Shown: piece by piece, positions 18,101-29,600 of the stretch
Layout of the letters: every line of letters starts with the position of its first letter
Position numbering within the stretch: position 1 is the stretch's first letter
Source: an uncultured virus (IMG/VR IMGVR_UViG_3300031722_000014)
Taxonomy: Duplodnaviria > Heunggongvirae > Uroviricota > Caudoviricetes
IMG/VR virus record: IMGVR_UViG_3300031722_000014
Direction: 5' to 3' (one strand)
DNA: 64,000 nt
The notes under the pieces: model-generated
The model's database searches: none
What the model was told of the DNA's origin: nothing
The model's input: only the letters and a program-made list of their open reading frames with translations
Made by a program: the position numbers and the translations under genes

Positions 18101-21100
18101 TTCACCATTCAGATATACGATAGAAGTAAGATTATTCTTTAGTCTTCTAAGTTCATGATATGCATTTAATTCAGCAGGAGTCATAAGTCTTGTATCCAAG
18201 AATCCTTCCTCATTTTTAAATGCTAATCCAAATGAAGCTAGATTTTCTTTTGCCTCATGCAGGGCTTCAGCAGCTTCAGATGATAGAACCTTCTTTGCCT
18301 CATAATATTCTGGCATAAACATTCTTTCTGCATGTTCTGATTTCCAGTCATCTAATTCCTCTATATATTTCTTATACTCAGCTAAATCAGTAGGAGTAGT
18401 ATATTCACCAACTAATCCATATTTCTTAGCAAGTTCTTTTCTAAAATTAGCAAGGTCCTTATTGAACTGACCTCTAAGTAAATCAGAAGTAGCATATCCA
18501 GTGGCCTTACCATCAACGTGCTCCATGAATTCCTTATAAGTAGTAGTTGGGTTTATTCCTTTCAGATGCGTAAATGAATTTGCAAGATCCGATAGCGTTC
18601 CATCAGTAGCTACTATTTTAGTAACTTGAGTCTGAACATCAACAACTAGCTTATCTAAGGCTCTTAAATGCTCAGATTTCTTGTCATCCATACTACCAAA
18701 GAATACTCCAAGCGCAGGTAAGTCTGAAGAGACCTCTCTACTTCTCATAAGTACGTCTTTCATCGTAGGAGATTCTGCATCATCTGCGATATCTGAGAAT
18801 AATTTAGTAGAATTCTTGTCAATTATGATATTAACAATTCTATTCATATCATCAACAGTCTTATTTACCTCAGAAACTCTGTGTATGAGGTCGTTTATAA
18901 CATGAGCAGATAATCCTTTAAATATACCATAGTCCTTGGCTTGATATATCTCATGGATAGAAGTCATTGTCTTTTCGTACAATGGCAAGAAGTATTTCTC
19001 AATATAGTTAACATCAGAGTTAGATATGTCCTCTCCATTTTTCATGGCATTAAACATATTCTCTAATCTTTCTGCAGATTTAGAAACATCTATGCTAGCG
19101 AACTTAATAAAGTTAACTGCATTGGTGGCTACGTTATTATTCTCCAATGATTTAACTAGCCTGCTAATCTCATCCTTCGTATTGGCATCTATATTCTTAT
19201 TTCTCTCAAGAGTTTTTAATCGAACATTCAAACCAACCTTAATATCGTGCATCAACGTTTCAGCATTGCTTAACATGGTCTCATCACTAGTAGGCATTGA
19301 AGTCTCTTTGCTAGTAGCACCAGGTATTACTATAGAAGCAGCAGCTTTTCTAAGTCTAGACTTTCTTCCAAGAGCGGCCATGTTGGCTATCCTATTATTA
19401 TCTTGACTGAATACTAAATAATTATCTCCATCCACGGATTTCCAGGATATGGCGTCTTCTTTTATTACTTGGGTCAATGCTTCATATGCTTTAGTATCTT
19501 TGTCAATTCTAAGTAGCACTTCATTGTGATTTGTTCTATCTAGTGAGTTAACAATAGACAGAACTATGAATGGTATATCTACTCTACTAGACTTATCTTT
19601 TATAGAAATGTCAGTTATAAGTATAGAATTACCCATATCATTGTACTCGAATGTAGCCATTTGATTGCCGCTAGCATATTCTATGGATTTAGTTCCAAAA
19701 TTAACATTGGTCAATTTAGACAATACATTTGCACGTATATACTCCATATCGTATACTCCATCATTAACCATAGCCTCTCTGGCCAACTCGCCAGTAACGT
19801 CATTGTTAAATTTGACAGCTTCATTCAAAGTTATCTTTCTTTGAGTAAACTCGCCCAATCTCTTAGGATCTAATTTGTCCAGAACCTGATTGATTTCAGA
19901 TTCCATCATAGTTCTTTGTTTTCCACCAACTAAACTAAGTTGATCTTCACCATACAATAACCAATCTGCAAGTCTTTCTAATGTAGCATCAGGTCTAATC
20001 TCTTCAACAAAATCTCTTTTACTAAACAACTTCTTAAAGAAGTCTGTAATAGCTTTCCAGAAATCATGAATTGCACTTCTTAGTCCAGGAGGAGTAGTCT
20101 TTTCACTAATCTTCCCTTCTAATGCATGTATAATGGACTCGTCTAATCTTTCAGCATCTGCAAATTGTTTGTAAATAGAGTTTATTTCAGCCAGCTCTTT
20201 GTAGTGACGGACTGTCTCTAATGCTAATTGATTGTAAATGTACTTCAATTCAGGAGTAGCTTTTATAATCTCCAAGAATGGGTGACCAAACATTTCATGA
20301 ACTGTAGTATTTCTGTTTAATCGACTACCTATTAGATATGCAGTGTTCTTCTGAGGGTCGTAGAATCCAAGTAATAAATCACCTCTCTTAATTTGCTTAT
20401 TTGTAGAAGTATTAAGATTATATAATCTAATTCCTTCTTCCATTGAAACTATTTGGAAATCTATACCAAATCTATTTTTAATTTTATTGGCTATAGACCC
20501 GATTGCATTTACAGTAGATCTGGACATTCTATTTTTAGTCCATTTCTGAGATTCTGCTAATTTAGCCGGAAACTCAAGATTTAACTGCTCTGGCTTTCCG
20601 GTGGTCATTTGAATTTTAGCGTCTTCGGTAAATGGTGCGTTCTTTGAGTCTTTGTACTCCTTTTCAGCAGCATCATAGGCCTCTCTATTTGCCCAGTCCT
20701 TTGCCTTAAATCGAACATAAACATCACTAGGATTGCCATATTCTGCGGAAGGATTATATACTTTATATATTTCTATTCTAGATACGCTATTTTTACCATC
20801 AATATCATTATATTCTTTTGAAAGTCTTAAATAGTCTTTTTGAAATATAGGCTTATTCTCATATTCTTTATTCAGAGAATCTACGCCAGTTTGAATTTTA
20901 TTTAAGTTTCTTTGATATATAGCATCTATTGACTTAGATACAGCAACTCCATTTATAGTTTGGCTATCTTTAATTGATTCTACATTCTCTTTAGATCCAT
21001 ATTTAACAAATCCACCAACAAGTTCATCTACCTGAGACTCAGACAATGTTATATTTGCGAATTTTTTAAGCCAATTCTTAATAGATCCAAGTAATTTCTT

Positions 21101-23605
21101 CCACCAAGACGGCTTAGGCTTGTCTATTAATGTTTCCGACCATCTGGCAGAAAGTTCCATAAGAAGCTTCAATTCGCCTTCTTTTGATTCTGGGTTAAAT
21201 CCATAATCAGTCATTAACTCATCAAGAGTGTTATGCCCAGTTCTTTTTAATAGATCTGGCAATTTCTCCATGAGTTGTTTCTTTGAAGAAATAAGAGCAG
21301 TGTGTAATTCTTCGGTGCCACCAAGTTCTCTAGCCATTCTAATCATTCCCCTATGAGCTACCTCGTGTATTGCGACTTTGCTAGATTCATTTACCGGGGT
21401 ATTCTCTGCTACAACTATAACCTTATCTGTCTTCGGATCATAATATCCCTGTATAGAGTTGTTATTTGTTTTTGAGAATGGTAGATTCCTGTTAATCACG
21501 TTTTCCATTTCTCGCTCCTCTGGAGTTAAATTTGCAACCCTTACTCTCTCTGCCTCTATAGCAGCTTCTTGTCTTTCTAAAAATGAATCATATAAATCCT
21601 TATATTCTGGATTTAATTTTTCCTCGGCTCCAAGATATTCATACATCTTTGGATAATTATTAAGGATATACCTAACTATATTATCCCTATAGTCAGTTCC
21701 TACTCCAGCATAAATAATATTATGAGGTTCAATTGTAGCTCCAACGTATGCTTGAACTTCGTCATTAGTTTGAAGATACTCTGGAGCATAATATACTAAC
21801 CCTTCGAAAATTACGCGACTTGGATTGGCGTTAAGAAATTCCCTTGCGTTATTAATATGATTTTCAAGTATAAAATTATCTATATTAGATTTAGCATAAT
21901 CATACATCTCCTGTTCCGGATCGTAGTCTGGTTCATAGTTGTGATCATGATCCATATTGAATTCTTGATCTCCCCAAAAATCATTCTCGTCGTAGTCATT
22001 ATCCCTGGAAACATCTTTATCGTTCTTTCCTAGGTCTTTTTTATTTTGTGCGGATTTTATTGTGCTATTATCTGGATCTAGATTGTGTTTTTCAAAAAAT
22101 GCTAATGTGTCGTCAAGATGATCTATCGATGCTATGCCGTTATTGTTTCTAGAAGTTACTTCATTTACATTTATCTTGCCATTTTCATTTGTCTCATCAG
22201 AAGCCTCTATTCCTACAACAGTTACTCCATTAACTATCAAAAGATAATTATCGTAGTTTCTAACATAATGTTTGGTCATAGAACCAGAAGTACACCAAGT
22301 ACTAGGAGATAGTTTTTTAAGTAATGAAACATTTTCATTAAAAATGTCATTACGCTTAGACCATGATTCCTCACTAGTATTAGCTAAATATCTCTTTAAA
22401 TTGTTTAATTCTAGAATAAATACAGGCAAATTGAGAATCTCATTGCTATCATGTGCGTCATATTTAGAATTAGGATATCTAGCTAGTTCGTCAGACCATA
22501 TTTTTTCTGCCTGTTCCTTCGAGATAGCCAATATTTTAGTATCTAGGTTTTTTCTTTTATCCGTATTGTATCCATGAATATAATACCCTTCGTATCCTCT
22601 TCCTAATTCACTCTCATACCCATTTCCGCTTCTACTATAAGTGCTCTCTACTCTAACATATGAGTAATCATTAAATCCATATTCATTAACAGCTTCTCCA
22701 GTCAAGCTAGGCTCTTGTTTGTAAAATTTAGGAGGAGCAGACTTTAATTCTTCAATTCGATTCACTTTTGCCTCTAGCCCAACTATGGCTTTCTTCAAAT
22801 CAGAATATGATTCAAATTCCATTTCAGAATCAGATGGAGTCATAGGGACGTGAACCCAATATCCATTACCACTTGCAGATGGTTCGTGATCAACCGCATC
22901 GGACGTAGACTTTAAGGCCTCTTCATCATATATTTTACCAAGCCTATTAGCCTCGTGAGGCTTATTTACTAGAGTTCCATATGTATTTGTAAGTGCGACC
23001 TTACTAAGACTTAATACATATTTAGACTCTCTATCTACTTTTGTAATATATTTTGTTGCATGAGACAGAATTATATCTCTAAACACTAATGGATATTTTT
23101 CTAATGCCTCAACCCATTCGTCAAAACTATCAGAAGCCACCTTATTAGTTTTGAATTCTTCGTAGTTAGATTTGTTCGATTTTTTGTCATATGAGGATTG
23201 AACAAGCTCTTGTAAATGTTCAGAATCTCTTATAGTTTTTATATTCCCTATGACATCCTTGTTTATTCCAACCCAATTTATTAGTAATGGGTCTGTAATT
23301 CCTTTATCTTCAAGTAGACCTTTAATAGACAAATATAAATCATCTCTTCCGAGGATCTCGTTTGGAACTTTATCTACTATATTTATAGAATTTGCAACCT
23401 CTGACGGAAGTTTACTATTTATTTCTTTTCGTACTTTATCAGTATGAGTTAGTCTGGATGATCTAACGTCATCTGCAGAAGGCCAGGAATCTATCCCATT
23501 CTCATCCTGATACTGAGCTACCCTCGTCTCCAGAAGGAGAGAAGGTAGTCCTGTTTCTTTTAAAAGACCTTTAAAGTCCTTACTATTAATGTTTACGCAA
23601 TTCAT
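15143..23605 (-). CDS. Giant virion cargo/ejection protein (polyvalent, two zincin-like domains)
   Basis: 2820 aa, directly downstream of the virion RNAP as in crAss-like phages; HEVAH and HEMFGH motifs; hydrophobic segment near the C-terminus. Confidence 0.8.
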   Translation of the reverse strand: MNCVNINSKDFKGLLKETGLPSLLLETRVAQYQDENGIDSWPSADDVRSSRLTHTDKVRKEINSKLPSEVANSINIVDKVPNEILGRDDLYLSIKGLLEDKGITDPLLINWVGINKDVIGNIKTIRDSEHLQELVQSSYDKKSNKSNYEEFKTNKVASDSFDEWVEALEKYPLVFRDIILSHATKYITKVDRESKYVLSLSKVALTNTYGTLVNKPHEANRLGKIYDEEALKSTSDAVDHEPSASGNGYWVHVPMTPSDSEMEFESYSDLKKAIVGLEAKVNRIEELKSAPPKFYKQEPSLTGEAVNEYGFNDYSYVRVESTYSRSGNGYESELGRGYEGYYIHGYNTDKRKNLDTKILAISKEQAEKIWSDELARYPNSKYDAHDSNEILNLPVFILELNNLKRYLANTSEESWSKRNDIFNENVSLLKKLSPSTWCTSGSMTKHYVRNYDNYLLIVNGVTVVGIEASDETNENGKINVNEVTSRNNNGIASIDHLDDTLAFFEKHNLDPDNSTIKSAQNKKDLGKNDKDVSRDNDYDENDFWGDQEFNMDHDHNYEPDYDPEQEMYDYAKSNIDNFILENHINNAREFLNANPSRVIFEGLVYYAPEYLQTNDEVQAYVGATIEPHNIIYAGVGTDYRDNIVRYILNNYPKMYEYLGAEEKLNPEYKDLYDSFLERQEAAIEAERVRVANLTPEEREMENVINRNLPFSKTNNNSIQGYYDPKTDKVIVVAENTPVNESSKVAIHEVAHRGMIRMARELGGTEELHTALISSKKQLMEKLPDLLKRTGHNTLDELMTDYGFNPESKEGELKLLMELSARWSETLIDKPKPSWWKKLLGSIKNWLKKFANITLSESQVDELVGGFVKYGSKENVESIKDSQTINGVAVSKSIDAIYQRNLNKIQTGVDSLNKEYENKPIFQKDYLRLSKEYNDIDGKNSVSRIEIYKVYNPSAEYGNPSDVYVRFKAKDWANREAYDAAEKEYKDSKNAPFTEDAKIQMTTGKPEQLNLEFPAKLAESQKWTKNRMSRSTVNAIGSIANKIKNRFGIDFQIVSMEEGIRLYNLNTSTNKQIKRGDLLLGFYDPQKNTAYLIGSRLNRNTTVHEMFGHPFLEIIKATPELKYIYNQLALETVRHYKELAEINSIYKQFADAERLDESIIHALEGKISEKTTPPGLRSAIHDFWKAITDFFKKLFSKRDFVEEIRPDATLERLADWLLYGEDQLSLVGGKQRTMMESEINQVLDKLDPKRLGEFTQRKITLNEAVKFNNDVTGELAREAMVNDGVYDMEYIRANVLSKLTNVNFGTKSIEYASGNQMATFEYNDMGNSILITDISIKDKSSRVDIPFIVLSIVNSLDRTNHNEVLLRIDKDTKAYEALTQVIKEDAISWKSVDGDNYLVFSQDNNRIANMAALGRKSRLRKAAASIVIPGATSKETSMPTSDETMLSNAETLMHDIKVGLNVRLKTLERNKNIDANTKDEISRLVKSLENNNVATNAVNFIKFASIDVSKSAERLENMFNAMKNGEDISNSDVNYIEKYFLPLYEKTMTSIHEIYQAKDYGIFKGLSAHVINDLIHRVSEVNKTVDDMNRIVNIIIDKNSTKLFSDIADDAESPTMKDVLMRSREVSSDLPALGVFFGSMDDKKSEHLRALDKLVVDVQTQVTKIVATDGTLSDLANSFTHLKGINPTTTYKEFMEHVDGKATGYATSDLLRGQFNKDLANFRKELAKKYGLVGEYTTPTDLAEYKKYIEELDDWKSEHAERMFMPEYYEAKKVLSSEAAEALHEAKENLASFGLAFKNEEGFLDTRLMTPAELNAYHELRRLKNNLTSIVYLNGEEKMPGGLDRQIANEISEFYKKINKGIDYQTRNELFDKTYKEVLKNMSAEDADLWWKQNTKISFEQKFWDQLTSMEKNPQIPVYDDLYEKRKAILNLYRNQDTGEVPAQLLESIRNTKGETLAETVKKLDLAMTNARLQYPPKPGLGFKDIAKIEPSDEYKKLLRSVANEALTNPQAMIDFDRRTTYVDSNGYRQLYSHWTKLMPKDASMIFSEPNSLWSEMDPQSEYINKNFDIDESEEGMVPRRDKYDNSHAYNRMRNNPSKRDFHDKLISAYEKANSNYDYIQRPSKYRLAQIPGKFFERVTKGDRFLSGLIEALKDQVRWRPYDYIDGDYDTKGNYGVDGSKVRFVPTKYRQMLDDRDSISRDLLGAFEEYYKAAVNFSEMSKHADDIETMLSAIKRLSVKDSKNKEIKGPGQSNIYNRAQNFVSNTVYGDQMANQYGMKVLKGTRSISMAKPVRGFVNYVRKLVLSMNVPSIVGNFTASAVNLKTEAVCGIWLNNGGLNKGMRELALALPSLVTSDLHSYSNNKLITFMRALEVTKSQHRDMQNLHGLSFTKNLLSNFHYGPYTAGDLAVKGPMMVGVLSNFKMFEDKFYSREQFIKERFPGKRSEGELVFDAMDNNMYDAFEVKDGNLKIKQAYAGAMDERTWNYAANVIHSLGSKLDGTLTHADKSALHADAFGSAFTLNKGWMQVAIRQRLSSKKWNYRLKQMTAGNLRNPKTSTKILMSFLAEKLGELGKFKLLHLTKMNGMQDSFEPNELYNFRKTLTDVLMLIAVSAATLFAGTMTGGSDDDKKRSWAMFLYVMIMRTNMELGSTLSAVDAIGLIQNTTTVQGPITELKEISDGIFDGTLFTQDVQSGRYMYIPKWKKSLIKLTPGYRNYFQNFVKPDLKANAYFMSKNMSGIYDLTQGVWNLIDPVKSNKNEIKDLEYQKFENKKMIDKSENTYKPLGYKETEQDKRDTRINKRKKAMKSRGINMKIKHLKKEE

Positions 23606-23626
23606 AATTCGTTTTATAACATTTTA

Positions 23627-26600
23627 TTAATAACATTTTTTGATATATTCTTCTAATTTATCTAATCCAATTTCATCGGACACTTTTTGTATGTCAGCCA
23701 TTGTAGTTCCAGGAGCTTTCCTTGCTATCTTAAATCTATAAGTAGACCACAATTCCTCTACAGTTTTTACGTTTAGTCCTTGTGCTTCTCTAAACTTAGC
23801 AATGTCATTTACATTTCTTTCTATTTCAGATTGAGCTACTGGGGCAAGAGTTGGCAATATGCTTTCTTTAGTTCCTAGTATATCAGACATATATCTGTCA
23901 GTAGTAACTACTTTACTTTGGTCTAAAGTACCCATTACATCGTTAATAGCGACTTTCCAACTTGCATTTTCATTATCCCACACCTCTCCTCTCTGCTCGC
24001 TTCGTTTAGCAAATGTTTCGTCAGACATATTTAATACCTTGTCAAAATCATCTGGGAACCTTTTCAGTATAGGAAGATCAGACACAAACAGCTGTTTACC
24101 AGATTCTTTTGCATCTTCTTTTGCCTTATTCCAATAATCTAACAGAGCCTGTTCATATTCAACAGCAGGAGCACCATCTCTTTTCATTTTAATAAGAGCC
24201 CTATGTTCTTCCTTGTAATCGTCATCCAATACTATTATATCCTCTCCTTGTTCTTTGGCATATGATTTACCTATTCCAGGATGAGCCCATATAATTCTAT
24301 CTTTTGAGGTAATTTCTAATACTGCTTCTTTATTTGAAACAGCACTTTTAGTATTGTCTTTCCTAGATATTTCATTTTCAAAATTAGACCACGCATTCTT
24401 TAGATAATCATATAATACGGGTGTTCTTGTTTTTGATATATCTGCTATTTTAGAATTAAAAAATCCATCTCCGCTAGGGATTACAACATTGTCATAATTT
24501 CCAGTCGATAGAGCTATTTTTATCTGATTTATTTCATCATCTATAGTTGATTTAAATTGAACAATATCAGAATCTATCCATCTAGCATCATTTACAGAAA
24601 CATTATGATTTTTATAAAACCACTTCATAGTACTAATTGGGAATGCGTTATTAGCCCCTCGTATTACAGCTGTAGTAGGATTATTGACTGATCCAAAAGA
24701 CAATCCTTCTCCGTATTTCTTCGCATACCATCCCCCTACATTTGGCGTAGTACCAGAAGTTCTATCAGTATTATCTGTAAACACATAAATAGTTTTTGGG
24801 TTTTTCTCTACTAAATCTCTGGAGTATTTAATATTAGATAAAGAAATAGTTTTTATATTTTCACCAAAATCCAAACTCAGAGGTTCTCGTTCATCTGCTT
24901 TGTTGGCCTCTAAAATAGGTCGTAGATAGGCCTCCACGCTTGTTTTAATCGCTTCTAAGACACTTTCTTCTCCAGTTTGATTAATTATGTCAGTCGAAGG
25001 AGTGAGTTCGTCAGATCGCTCTAAAATGCGTTTAGCGAATTCATACTTAGCCTGTCTCATAGCCTCACTTGGAACGCTATCATACGTATCAAGCATCTGC
25101 TCTAGGTTGGCTATAGTATAATCTCCAGATATAATTGCCACTTCGACGGCAGAACTAATTACAGATTCTAATTCAGTACTAGATATATCTTCTACTAAAT
25201 TATATGGATCGTATATTTCATCATCGAAATTGAATAGTTCATTCTGCTCTCTACGACTATTAAGTAATCTATTATATTCCTCTGCATAAACTCTTGCTTG
25301 AGCATATTCAGCTCCAGTAATTTTATTAACTCCATTGAATGACTGAGGTAATATATTAGCCTTAATCATTGACTTATCAGAGTTATGCTCTACAACCGAA
25401 ACTGCATCTTTCTTACTACCTTTTTTGTCAATAGCGATATACATTGGTTGATATGGACTCTTTTCACTATCAGTAGGAACATTTCCAACCCATTTGTATA
25501 ATACGTGGAATGGATTTCCTTCTTCTGGGAAGAATTGTAATTTGACAAACGGAGCATGATAATAAGTATCAATTCCTTGTTCGTCTTTCCCAAATAATGG
25601 CCATGACTTAGTATTAACAAATGATAATGGATATTGCACTCCATCGATCCCTTTAGTAGACATTATCTGAGGCATAAGCACCTTAAATGGTTTGCCATCA
25701 TCAACTTCTGGATCTGAGTCCATAGTGAAGTTTTCTACAGTAGAAACTAAGTCCTTATCATACCATTTGTTTATAAATATGTCCTGCAAATCAGTATCAG
25801 TTAAAGCTTCATCCATATTAGACAAATCACCTAATTTGTTTCTAACAAAATCGTAGTAGCTCATAGTGCCACCATCCTCTGTAGGTATACTTAAGTCGCG
25901 TCTATCATATTCAGATATTTTAACGGTATTTGAAGCATGATTGTCACCAGTACTGTAAAATTGGTACAATATGAAGTCTTCTGCAAATTTCTTTATCTCT
26001 GCATTCTGGCTATCTAATAATGAACTAAAGTGTTGTTTAATTTCCTCTACTAAACCTGGTTCATTTGTATTGTTGTTTCTAGGTCTAATATGATCTGGTC
26101 TTTCTTGTTCAAATGGAGCATACATTTCTGCCGACATTCCACGTAAGAATACATTATCCTGCGTTTCCTGTGGAAATTTCTGCTGAATAGCAAATAATCT
26201 CTTTGCAATTGTATTACTGCCAAAGAACAGTCCAGGAACATTGACTCCTCTATCCTCAGCTAATTTGTCAAAGAACTCAGATTTAATCTTAGAGTCTATA
26301 TACTTATTAACTTTAGATATTAATTCTCTATTATCCTGTCCATATCTACCAGCTGCTGCTAATACTTTATCTGCAGAAATCTCTACAGACTTAGTAGTTC
26401 TAAATAATACTCCTTGTCCTAATTTAGCAGCAAGACCAGCACTATTCTGTAACTTCTTATAAATGAAAGTGTTTAAGAACAACTCAGGAAGATTTGCAAA
26501 TGAAGACTTAGTTGATATAAGTTCTTTTACTTTATTGAAGAATAGACGTTGAGATGAGAATGAATTACCAGCCTTCTTGGTATCTACCTGCGAGTACTTA

Positions 26601-29600
26601 ACTACTTCTGCAAGTGAACTAGCCAGCGGACTTAATTCTTTAAATGTTTCAAGCGCAATTAATTGGTGATAATAATAGTCAAATGTCTTATCTTTTCTGG
26701 CTAATCCATTAACTAAGTTAAGGTTATCGAATACATTTTCATTTTGTATTACTTCTTTACCATATTTTCCTTCTTTATACAGTTTCTTAAACTGAGCTCT
26801 GTCATAGTCATTCTTAGCTGATTTCCTAGCATTCTCCTTATATTGAACTATCAGTAAATCTACCTGCTTTTCAATTGTAGTTGATTTTGCATTTCTAACA
26901 CCAGATAGATATTCGCTGCCTTTGGTATCCATTATCTTATATGCTTCTTTCAATGCAGGCTGACTTAAGAATAAAAATGTCTTTGCTCCATATCCAGTCC
27001 TGAGTAATAAAGAAGTCATTTTGTGAGTATATTGATTTACTCCCATTCTAATGATATATGGATCCTTTGCGACATCGACATGGGCATTTACCATTGCTGA
27101 TAACCAGTCCAGTATCCTAACTCCGTCTTTGCCGTAAATATCACCAAGATTAGCTAATCCAAATTTATTGACAGTACCATTATTTTTAAACCTCAATTTG
27201 GCTATCTGAGTTAATACATGATGTACTCCAGCCAATGCAAATGTAGGTATGCCTTGCTTGCCACCGGAATATTCTATTTTCTTCTTACTTTCATAAGATA
27301 AAGTAGCTTTATCCATACCAGACAGTTTTACCTGACCTCCAGACTTTTCGTCAATTATGGCAAGGGTTTTTAATACTTCTCCCTTCATTGCATCCAACGG
27401 AATTCTAGTCTCATTGACGCTGTTAGGATTAGTAACCACAGCCATCATTACGTCTATAAATCTGTTCTGAATAGCCTTGGTAGAGTTTTCTTTCCATTTA
27501 TCAGCCTTAGAGTCATCCATCTGAGTCTTTTCAACTCCCTCATGTCTAACTGTAGCCCATGCGCTATTCTTAATGTCATAGAAGTAGCCTCTTTTGTTAG
27601 CGAACTCAACTCGAGCTCTATCGTCGTCAAAATTAGGTATTTCTGCCCTAACTATATCCTTCTTAGCCCTAGGAGAGAAATTGGGAGTATTTATATACGT
27701 GGTATATTCAGCCTCTCTTTCTTTTTCAGTAGCTTCGTCCTTGTCGTAAGTATACGATGTTTCGTAATTTAACCTAGTAATATATAATTTATCAACGTCA
27801 AAGTCAGATCCAGTCAAAGCAGTAAATTCATATGGCAATACAATAGTATCTCCCATAAATTCTGGAAGTACATCTACTATCTTTAATCCAGATACAGATG
27901 ATAGACCTTGAGTAGGGATACGATATCCCATTGCAGCAGGATTAGCGTTTTCTCCAATTACGTTGTTTTCTCTAAGCCAATTTACTTTCTCGTCATATGT
28001 ATTTAATTCTTGTGGAAGTCTGTCTTTAAATAAAGTAATAGATACTACGCAATCCATAGATCCATCGCTATTTAAGAACCTTAATTTCTTTCCTCCATTA
28101 ATCCTATATGCAGCACTAGAGTCATCCATATGTTTTAATCCAAATGGAGTCATCTGAATAAACATTCCACCTGGAGCCTTGATATCTACAGTCTTTTTAA
28201 GTATATTAGAAAGTATCTTTGACTCAACGAATGCGTTATCTACTAAAGCCTGTAATGGGTTAGCATCTGGATTTTCTTTATCGTATTCTCCAAGTATCTC
28301 AACAACGTCGCTAGGCATGTTAGACTTCTCTGCTTCCTGTGCTAAGAAGTTATACATTTTCTCAGTGTTAAACGAGTAGTTTCCAGTAGTTTCATCCACC
28401 TTAATACCAAACTGTTTTTCAACCTCAATTTTACCTCTATCAGATAATTCTGACATTGCTCCATTCCATTCTTGAACTAATTGAGCTCCAGTAGCGCCTT
28501 TCTTGCCATTAATTTCTATATTTGGATAGATGTCAGTAGCTACTATGTTTCCCATAGATGCTTTCTGAACCTGAGTGGCAATTGACATTTCTGCACCTTC
28601 ATGCGGCTCAGTTGGCAACTGGTGTCTTAAGTAGTCAAATGATTGAGGAACGACCTTCATCTTACTTAAGTCAGACAACTCTTGTTCATTCTTATCATTA
28701 TGAATAGATACAGGTTTATCTGTACCAACCTTAACAGCAGTACTAAATGCAACCATATCCACTTTCTGTTGACCGGCTGCAGGATTATTCATTCTGTCAT
28801 ACAGAGTTTTCAAATCTCCAGTAGCTAAGAATTTAGGCAGTATAAATAATGCCATCTTATTTAGCTTAGGAATATTCAATCCATTCTGGAATGATTCTCC
28901 AAAGTAAACCATCTTTAACGGGTGAATTGCAAGATCTTCTACTTTTGCATATTTAGTAGGATCATTCATCCATGAGAAATCATCAGACTCAAGAATGTCA
29001 AATATCTCATTCATTTCTGGAGTGAAATAGTCCTCTCCGAGTCTAGTCATAAGAGATCTGTACATATATGGTGATATATATGCAGTAGCATCAGTAACAT
29101 TTACTTTCTCATATTCTTTTGATTGAGCATCTACTAACGCCTCAGCAAGATTAAACTGCTTAGGGAATTTACCTTTTAACTCATCTAATTCTGCTTTTCT
29201 ATTTGGGTCAGAATATATGTCACTCAAATCAGAAATAACATCTACTCCAGATTGCTGCATTAATCTATTTACTTGAGCAGCATATGACATGTTCTTTATA
29301 GTGCCAAGCTCAGTACTCTTTATAATACTATCAGAAACTTCAGCTACATTGAATGAACTTATTCCTTGGAGAACATGTCCTTGTGGAAATGAAGTTCTAA
29401 GTGCAGTACCAGTAGACAATACAGAAGATAACCTCTTGGTCTTGTCGTCAGTATTTAAATAGAATGCAGAGTCCTTTGAGATCAATTTATCAGTCTCAAA
29501 TTCTGATATAATACTATTTATAGTAGTGTTTGCCATTATATTGGTAATAGCAACCATGTTGACGCTTTTAGAATCGATTCCAGCTTTCTTATATTGTTCT

